Source: a virus (taxonomy: Duplodnaviria > Caudoviricetes). Taken from it: a DNA stretch of 55,899 nt. Under the pieces are notes generated by a model, which did no database searches, had not been told where the DNA came from, and saw only the letters and a program-made list of their open reading frames with translations. Shown one piece after another: positions 50,023 through 55,899 of the stretch. Within the stretch, counting starts at the first letter, position 1, and every line of letters starts with the position of its first letter. A program made the translations under genes and the position numbers. The DNA lies in IMG/VR virus record IMGVR_UViG_3300032053_000095, positions 1 through 55,899 of that record. One strand, written 5' to 3'.

Positions 50023-51438
50023 TTAATAACTCGCCGTATTGTTTTGCAAGATAACTTTTGCGAAATATCCAAGCGTACTATCATATTTTATTTTCGCACC
50101 TGCCGCAACTGTTATCCTTCCGGCACCACCAACATTAATCGGGTAAGCGGTGAAAAGCACTTTCGGAAAATACATAACTAAATCATAATAATGTGCCCCG
50201 GTAATTGCAGCACCATGAAAATATAAACACCATTCCCTTGTAGTCCATCCTGCGTAATAAGTAGAAAAATCAACAACATCTTCAGGAATAATAGTTTTAG
50301 AAATCGTTCCCGTTCTATATCCATCATTCAAAATCGCTGAAATATAATTCGTATTATTTAAAGTCGGAACTCCTACTAAACCATTATTCCAACCAAAAGT
50401 AATTGTTTCAGCTAAATTACAAGCATAAAAAACTTTAAAAACAGTAGTATTATCTGGGGTAACTGAAAAATTTGGAGTTACAGTTAATATCTCGGCAGTA
50501 TTTGAAGCAATTTTTCTACATTGATTTGCTCCAGTTCCTGCCGTAGTTAAAACAAGATACCCAGTATAAGCATTTACCGTCCAACCTGCCCCGGTATGAG
50601 TAAGAGTAGAAGTAGAACCAGCAGTAGCGGTTTCAGAAGTTGCTAATCCAACCCCTAAAATCGCATTATCCCAAATAAAAGGAGCGGTCGTTGGAAGTGT
50701 TGGAGTAGTCGCGGCAATATTAGCATAATTTTGTCCTAGCCAAGAAGCTGTTGAAGTCATAATTTTTGAACCAACTCCAAGAGTAAAAGAAAGATTATTA
50801 ATCACCATTCCTTTATATTGAAACGCCGGAGTTGCTCCCACCATATCTCTATGAACTTCAATAGTATAAGGAGGTAAAGCACAATGAGCAGGTCCATCAA
50901 GGATTTCAAAAGTATCACCTGAAGCTGCCGCCGGAGAAGTTGTCGCTATTGTTAATGCCGAAGTAGAATTTGCGGTAATTGTAACCGTCTGCCCTGCCGC
51001 AGTTCCGGTAATAATATGACACCATCTACCAATATAATCATTTGCAACCCATGGAGTTCCTGTAACATTAATGGTAGTCGCTCCTGTTCCCGCAATAGCA
51101 GTTCCAGTAGTCCTATTCCTGGTTGCAAGAGGAGTAAAAACATGAGTATAACTCCCGGTATTATTAGTGGTTATCGGGGCACCCAAAGCAGAACGAAGCA
51201 AAATTCCAACTCCTGCTGGATGAACTTCATGAGTAGTATCTCCTGCTATACTATTTAATCCTTCATAAGAAGCACCTTCATCTCTAATAGCATTTAGTGA
51301 ACCTTCTACTAAATCTTCTATCGTTAATCCAATAGATTCTGAATTATATTTCAGATAAGAAGTTGCTCCTGCTGCTGTCCCAAAAGTTACTTCTGGTGCT
51401 ACTCCTAAATGTGTCAGTTTTCCAGTCGTCCCGCCCAT
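50023..51438 (-). CDS. Major tail tube protein with two inserted modules
   Basis: LGVAPEVTFGT, YTHVFTP, PYTIEV..YKGM.IN.LSF, FPKV. Confidence 0.85.
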   Translation of the reverse strand: MGGTTGKLTHLGVAPEVTFGTAAGATSYLKYNSESIGLTIEDLVEGSLNAIRDEGASYEGLNSIAGDTTHEVHPAGVGILLRSALGAPITTNNTGSYTHVFTPLATRNRTTGTAIAGTGATTINVTGTPWVANDYIGRWCHIITGTAAGQTVTITANSTSALTIATTSPAAASGDTFEILDGPAHCALPPYTIEVHRDMVGATPAFQYKGMVINNLSFTLGVGSKIMTSTASWLGQNYANIAATTPTLPTTAPFIWDNAILGVGLATSETATAGSTSTLTHTGAGWTVNAYTGYLVLTTAGTGANQCRKIASNTAEILTVTPNFSVTPDNTTVFKVFYACNLAETITFGWNNGLVGVPTLNNTNYISAILNDGYRTGTISKTIIPEDVVDFSTYYAGWTTREWCLYFHGAAITGAHYYDLVMYFPKVLFTAYPINVGGAGRITVAAGAKIKYDSTLGYFAKVILQNNTASY

Positions 51439-51447
51439 AATACCTCC

Positions 51448-51645
51448 CTATTTTACTTTCCCTTTAGATTTATTATCTTTCTCATCTATAATCTCACTAG
51501 AACCCTGTTTTTTGCTCTGTATTTGCCCCTTCCTTTGACTTTCAAGTTGTTTGGCTATACTTTCCCCTATCTCAAATACATCTCCCTTATTTCGTCTAAT
51601 TCCTAGTATTTCTTCACTTTCAGGATATATCCATTTTATAAGCAC
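51448..51645 (-). CDS. Small hypothetical protein preceding the tail tube
   Basis: GTG start with GGAGG SD. Confidence 0.55.
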   Translation of the reverse strand: MLIKWIYPESEEILGIRRNKGDVFEIGESIAKQLESQRKGQIQSKKQGSSEIIDEKDNKSKGKVK

Positions 51646-51654
51646 TTTCCCTCC

Positions 51655-52113
51655 CTAATAATTTATCTGTTCTAAAGTATTCAAACTCATTTCCGCAAAA
51701 TGACAAAGAACATCTCCCCACATTCCAGCATCAAATTTATCAAGATTAAAATTTTCTACTGTTAAAACTTTCCCTCCCAAAGTAGGATCAGCAGAAAAAG
51801 CAGTTGAAATAGCATCAATAATTCCCTGAAAAGTTGCTTCTGTTGAACCTGCATCTCCTAATGAATAATAACCCCTAATAATCCATTTCGTAATTCTTGT
51901 ATTTGACCTACTTGCTTCCCTTTCTTCATTAAAACTTGCTCTCGTTATTATATAACCATGAATTACAGAATTTGTCGTATCTTTAAAAGCAGTAATATAA
52001 GATGCGTAATCTCTTGTAAGTTTTTGAAATTTAAAAACATTAGCATCTATAACTCCAGTTGCGGATTTTAAAGTAGTATCAATTGCTCCGATAACATCAG
52101 AATAATTACTCAT
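51655..52113 (-). CDS. Tail terminator/completion protein
   Basis: ADPTLGGKV...VLCHFAE; position. Confidence 0.7.
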   Translation of the reverse strand: MSNYSDVIGAIDTTLKSATGVIDANVFKFQKLTRDYASYITAFKDTTNSVIHGYIITRASFNEEREASRSNTRITKWIIRGYYSLGDAGSTEATFQGIIDAISTAFSADPTLGGKVLTVENFNLDKFDAGMWGDVLCHFAEMSLNTLEQINY

Positions 52114-52616
52114 TCTTTATCCCACCGCTCAATAATTCTTTTTTCTGCTTTTTCTACCATTTTAGGAATCTCAAGTTTTCCTGCTTCCCAACCTTTTTCA
52201 AACATGTGCTTTCCTAATATTCCTGAATTAGCAATATTTCTCGCAATAGTTCTTGTAACTAAATATAAATCCGTTCCCTCTAGTCCTAATTTTGACCTCA
52301 CCCAATCTGCGAGATTATAAAAATTTGGAAAAGCATGAGTAGGGAATCCAGATTCGATAAATTCTCCATAAACAACATTAGTAAAAACTGAACCGTAAAT
52401 TCCTAAACCTGAACCTCTTATTTGTCCTCTTGCTATATTATCAACTAAATGACCTTTCCAATTCGGAGTTCCTTGTTTTACTTTACTTTCTAAAAAAGCA
52501 AGTCCTTCCTCAAAAACTTTCCTAAGTTCTTCCTCAAAAATTCTCATAGTTTTATTGAAATCTTTTTTAAGCAATCCTGAAAAATTAGTTTTAATTTCTA
52601 TCTTAAAATCCGCCAT
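52110..52616 (-). CDS. HK97 gp10-like tail completion protein
   Basis: TP..KGHL, YGEFIESG, LADWV..KLG, G..GKHMF. Confidence 0.8.
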   Translation of the reverse strand: MADFKIEIKTNFSGLLKKDFNKTMRIFEEELRKVFEEGLAFLESKVKQGTPNWKGHLVDNIARGQIRGSGLGIYGSVFTNVVYGEFIESGFPTHAFPNFYNLADWVRSKLGLEGTDLYLVTRTIARNIANSGILGKHMFEKGWEAGKLEIPKMVEKAEKRIIERWDKE

Positions 52617-53341
52617 TATCTTGTCCCTGAATCATGAGTTAATCTTGATAAATTTAATTCCCCAAATTTTGTATCCATATCTTTTTGAATAAATGCAGCA
52701 GAAATATCTGGAAACATATACCTCATATAAGATTCAAAAAAATTCTTTGAAATACTTCTCCATACATCACTCTTATTCCTATATTCAACAGCATCTGCTC
52801 CAATAGTTGAATCTGTAAAATATCCATATTTAGAAGCAATGCACATAGCACAAATCGAAGTTGCTAAATCACAAAATACTCCGAAATCATTATCATAAAA
52901 AAGCGTATCAGTAGCAGATGCAGCAATAGAATGTTTTACCGTAAATGTAAATCTTATAGTCCCAGAAGAAGGAGTTTCATTAAGAAATCTAACATATTTA
53001 ATACTTGATTTTTCATAATACATCCAACCATCAAAACCAATTTCATTATCTCTTGGATCTTGACTTTCATCAGCAGGATATTCTATAAATTTTATATCTG
53101 AAAATCCTTCAAGCCAAGAAGGGAAATTCGTATTATTTATAGCAATACTATAAGAACTATTTGCGGTATAATCAGAAGTTTTTAAATATGGTTTATGTTT
53201 TGAATAAATATTTATAGCATCCGTTTGAATAATAGAATCTATTTGAGCAGTAGTAAGAGGATCAGTACTTGCACCATCTCCTGCCTGCTTTAATCTTATA
53301 TCAACTGAACTATCAAAATCGGAAAGTTTATAACTACTCAT
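52616..53341 (-). CDS. Head-tail adaptor-like protein
   Basis: YSKHKP, IEYPA, STIGADAVEY..KS; position. Confidence 0.7.
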   Translation of the reverse strand: MSSYKLSDFDSSVDIRLKQAGDGASTDPLTTAQIDSIIQTDAINIYSKHKPYLKTSDYTANSSYSIAINNTNFPSWLEGFSDIKFIEYPADESQDPRDNEIGFDGWMYYEKSSIKYVRFLNETPSSGTIRFTFTVKHSIAASATDTLFYDNDFGVFCDLATSICAMCIASKYGYFTDSTIGADAVEYRNKSDVWRSISKNFFESYMRYMFPDISAAFIQKDMDTKFGELNLSRLTHDSGTR

Positions 53342-53583
53342 TTTTGTAATACCATATTAACTCTTAAAGTTTCAGTTAATCCTAATTTAATATCAACTAT
53401 TTTTGAAGTTGAAGGATAAACAATAACCTTAGTACATTTCGTATCTAAAACCATAATTCTTTCGCCAGGATTCACTATACCATTCCAAGATTCATTAATA
53501 GTTTTCTTATAAGTAAAAGCCGCATAAGAAACTGCCGAACAAAATATGATTCCTAAAACAAATCCGATTAAAATTTTTTTCAT
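53338..53583 (-). CDS. Small protein with signal-peptide-like N-terminus
   Basis: MKKILIGFVLGIIFCSAVSYA. Confidence 0.65.
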   Translation of the reverse strand: MKKILIGFVLGIIFCSAVSYAAFTYKKTINESWNGIVNPGERIMVLDTKCTKVIVYPSTSKIVDIKLGLTETLRVNMVLQK

Positions 53584-53994
53584 TTAATTCTCCTTTGTTT
53601 TTATTTCGACAATTTCCTTCCAAAGTTTTTGTATATCTCCTCTTACTTCTATTTGAAATCCTTCATTTTTACTATAATGATGAGTCATTCTTTCTCCTAT
53701 TCCATCAATTCTTTCTCTTATCTCAATTAATTCATCATGAGCATTATTAAATTTTCCATCTATTTTTTCAAATCTTTTATTACCATCTTCTAATCTCTTT
53801 TCTACTTGTGTCATCTTTTCAATAAATGCATCTACTCTTAAAGTTTTAAGCGCATCTTTAACTACTACCATTTCATTTTGTAAAGTATTAATGCAATTAC
53901 TTTTAATATTAGATAAATTTTTCAAGGTAAGTAGAAACCCTGTAATAGTGCAAATTGAAACTAAAATTGATATTATAAAAATAATATTTTCCAT
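53584..53994 (-). CDS. Single-TM coiled-coil protein
   Basis: N-terminal hydrophobic helix and heptad repeats. Confidence 0.65.
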   Translation of the reverse strand: MENIIFIISILVSICTITGFLLTLKNLSNIKSNCINTLQNEMVVVKDALKTLRVDAFIEKMTQVEKRLEDGNKRFEKIDGKFNNAHDELIEIRERIDGIGERMTHHYSKNEGFQIEVRGDIQKLWKEIVEIKTKEN

Positions 53995-54121
53995 TATTTT
54001 ATCTCCTCCGCCGCCTCAATCAGTTCCATTTCTTCCTCTGTCAGTTGATAGTTTTCAGTTATCTCTATCAGGCTGACTACATACCCACTATTGTAGAGCG
54101 TTACTCTCTGGAACAGTCCGT

Positions 54122-54289
54122 TTATCCGTGTTTATGATAATATTCATAAGTATTTCGCGCCTGTTTTTCGGACATACGGAACAATCCATTAAGCCATTGT
54201 TTTATTTCTACTTCATACGCCAGACAAATATGTATGCAAACCGCCGGGATAATCGCGCAAATAACAAGCAAATATATTCCAAAACCCAT
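54122..54289 (-). CDS. Small membrane protein (55 aa, not in ORF track)
   Basis: GGGAGG SD; MGFGIYLLVICAIIPAVCIHICLAY... Confidence 0.5.
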   Translation of the reverse strand: MGFGIYLLVICAIIPAVCIHICLAYEVEIKQWLNGLFRMSEKQARNTYEYYHKHG

Positions 54290-54298
54290 AGTACCTCC

Positions 54299-54694
54299 CT
54301 ACTTTATTTTATAATAATCCGTGGGATAATCACGATATATCGTTACTGATGATACTTTTGTCGGGAATGGTTTTGAATAATCCATGTAAACATTATAATC
54401 AGCCATTTTTATTACTTTTCCCTGTGAAATCCACCCGCTTAATGATACTCTTTCAGTTGCCGACGAAATAACAACTGTCGCCAAAAGCCATTTTGTCGTG
54501 GGAGTAGCAAGGATTGATGTTACGCGATACGGCTGTCCCTTGGCAGTAGATATATTTTTTATCCCCATTGAATACAAGGCGGTTATCTGCGCGGGAGTAA
54601 AACAAGATACATTTATAAGAAACTGCTCGGCTACCTGACAAAAAGATAACGAAGAAAAAAAGAATATTACTATACCTGTAATTAATTTATTCAT
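54299..54694 (-). CDS. Hypothetical protein with signal-peptide-like N-terminus
   Basis: MNKLITGIVIFFFSSLSFC. Confidence 0.65.
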   Translation of the reverse strand: MNKLITGIVIFFFSSLSFCQVAEQFLINVSCFTPAQITALYSMGIKNISTAKGQPYRVTSILATPTTKWLLATVVISSATERVSLSGWISQGKVIKMADYNVYMDYSKPFPTKVSSVTIYRDYPTDYYKIK

Positions 54695-55415
54695 ACTTGG
54701 CTTTCATACTTTTATATAAATTTACTATTTGCCCGGTTGACAAAACGGCATTATATATTCCTATATCATCTATTGATCCCTTGAAATATCCTGTAAATGA
54801 AGATGCAGAACCGTCCCCATAAGCGCCTATTCCAACAATAGCGTTTGCACCGGTCCAGGGGCTAATGGCAGTAGCACCCTTGCCGGAAACAAATACACCG
54901 TTAACATAACAAGCGGCGTTTCCAACGCCGGCCACCAGGGTAAGGAAGGACCATTTACCTACCGGCAAAGAAGCGAGCGGAATATTAACATTAAACGCGG
55001 CGGGCCAACTTGCCCCGTCCCCGCCTTGCCACGCCGCGCCCTCGGTGTTATGCCAAAAAGCCCCGAAACCTTTCCCGTTCGCAGACGAAAAACAGCCCAG
55101 AGCCAGTCCGGCATTAACATTTCCCGTCCCCATTTTTATCCATTCACATATACTTATATTAGAATAATTTGCGACACCGAACGGCACAAGTATATATGCG
55201 GAACCACCAAACGAACAGGCAGAACCATATTTTCCTGTTACCCACGCAACCGAAGTTGCCGTTCCTTTCCACACATTAAGTTTGGAATCACTAATTGCGG
55301 TTCCGGTATTTTCATTAAGATGCCACACCGCGACAGCACCCGGATAGTGATTATTTTGCTGTCCCGCCATTAATGGATATGACATCAATAAACACAAAAA
55401 GAATAAGTTCTTCAT
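54687..55415 (-). CDS. LamG/concanavalin-A-like domain protein with signal-peptide-like N-terminus
   Basis: AVWHLNE..G, GKYGSA, W, YVNG, IG, FKGSIDDIGIYNAVLS. Confidence 0.85.
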   Translation of the reverse strand: MKNLFFLCLLMSYPLMAGQQNNHYPGAVAVWHLNENTGTAISDSKLNVWKGTATSVAWVTGKYGSACSFGGSAYILVPFGVANYSNISICEWIKMGTGNVNAGLALGCFSSANGKGFGAFWHNTEGAAWQGGDGASWPAAFNVNIPLASLPVGKWSFLTLVAGVGNAACYVNGVFVSGKGATAISPWTGANAIVGIGAYGDGSASSFTGYFKGSIDDIGIYNAVLSTGQIVNLYKSMKAKYE

Positions 55416-55899
55416 TTATTCCCCTGTAATATTAAACTGTAATCGCTTGCCAGTACGCCCGTTCCAATGGAATCTATTGCCAAATCAAGAATATCCCCCG
55501 CTGTCAATGCAATGTTTTCTATAACCACTCCGCTATCTTTCGTATTAGTGGATACTGAAACATTCGAAGGAAGAATATAAGTAAAATTATTAGGAAGTCC
55601 GTCGGTAGGCGAAAGTTTACACACATTGAATTTAGTATCCCCGGCAGTAGAAACATATTTATTTACCGCCCTTGCCGAAGTTACCGTGCAGTCGAATGGA
55701 ACTATAAATACGGAACCCACCCCCATTGTCGATACATATACATCACCTGCCCCGGAGAACGAGAAGGTAAAGGAATCGACAAATACAGTTGGAGTCCCTC
55801 CGGTAGCCGTTACGATAACATCACCCAGACCACCAGACGGAGCCAGGGAGATACCAGACCCCGCTATAATTTTTGTTACCGATACTTCTGATCGTAAGA
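55412..55899 (-). CDS. C-terminal part of a fibre protein, open to the window edge
   Basis: Frame is open upstream of 55726: LRSEVSVTKIIAGSGISLAPSGGLGDV...; terminal LTAGDILDLAIDSIG beta-sandwich. Confidence 0.75.
   Translation of the reverse strand, partial: LRSEVSVTKIIAGSGISLAPSGGLGDVIVTATGGTPTVFVDSFTFSFSGAGDVYVSTMGVGSVFIVPFDCTVTSARAVNKYVSTAGDTKFNVCKLSPTDGLPNNFTYILPSNVSVSTNTKDSGVVIENIALTAGDILDLAIDSIGTGVLASDYSLILQGNK

Larger units (their letters stand above)
1..55899 (-). mobile_element. Tailed bacteriophage genome (Caudoviricetes, siphovirus-like), near complete
   Basis: Terminase, portal, MuF, capsid, tail tube, tape measure, amidase/holin and primase-helicase in canonical modules, all on one strand; no tail sheath and no host housekeeping genes. 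Confidence 0.96.

Noticed and set aside
3236-55373. All plus-strand ORFs in the track
   Set aside because: They are antisense shadows of well-supported minus-strand genes, with no recognisable motifs
1-55899. Alternative genetic code, and host assignment
   Set aside because: Core genes are intact in the standard code and TAA, TAG and TGA all end genes; the host cannot be supported from sequence inspection alone

Overview
Near-complete genome of an AT-rich tailed dsDNA phage (siphovirus-like). Essentially all real genes are on the minus strand, and both window ends fall inside what is probably one fibre gene. In transcription order, high to low coordinates and wrapping through the ends: (1) early control region with an unannotated ribbon-helix-helix repressor, two near-consensus sigma70 promoters and GTAATTAC operators (~41.4-41.7 kb); (2) small early and accessory genes, including a GC-richer patch and a (CGACCN)24 repeat; (3) SSB, ERCC4 nuclease, primase-helicase and an iteron-type origin (~24 kb); (4) a four-gene DNA-hypermodification cluster: CmoA-like carboxy-SAM synthase, PP-loop amide ligase, UDG-family protein and a C5 methyltransferase with Arg replacing the motif-X Asn; (5) Cas4-like exonuclease, radical SAM protein and annealing protein; (6) a full-length tmRNA; (7) terminase, portal, MuF, a multidomain head-region protein and a fused protease/scaffold/capsid; (8) a block of signal-peptide-bearing fibre/LamG proteins; (9) neck, tail tube, tape measure, tail tip, amidase and holin. 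No integrase, DNA polymerase, reverse transcriptase or CRISPR array is visible. All family assignments come from motif recognition by eye; no database searches were run.
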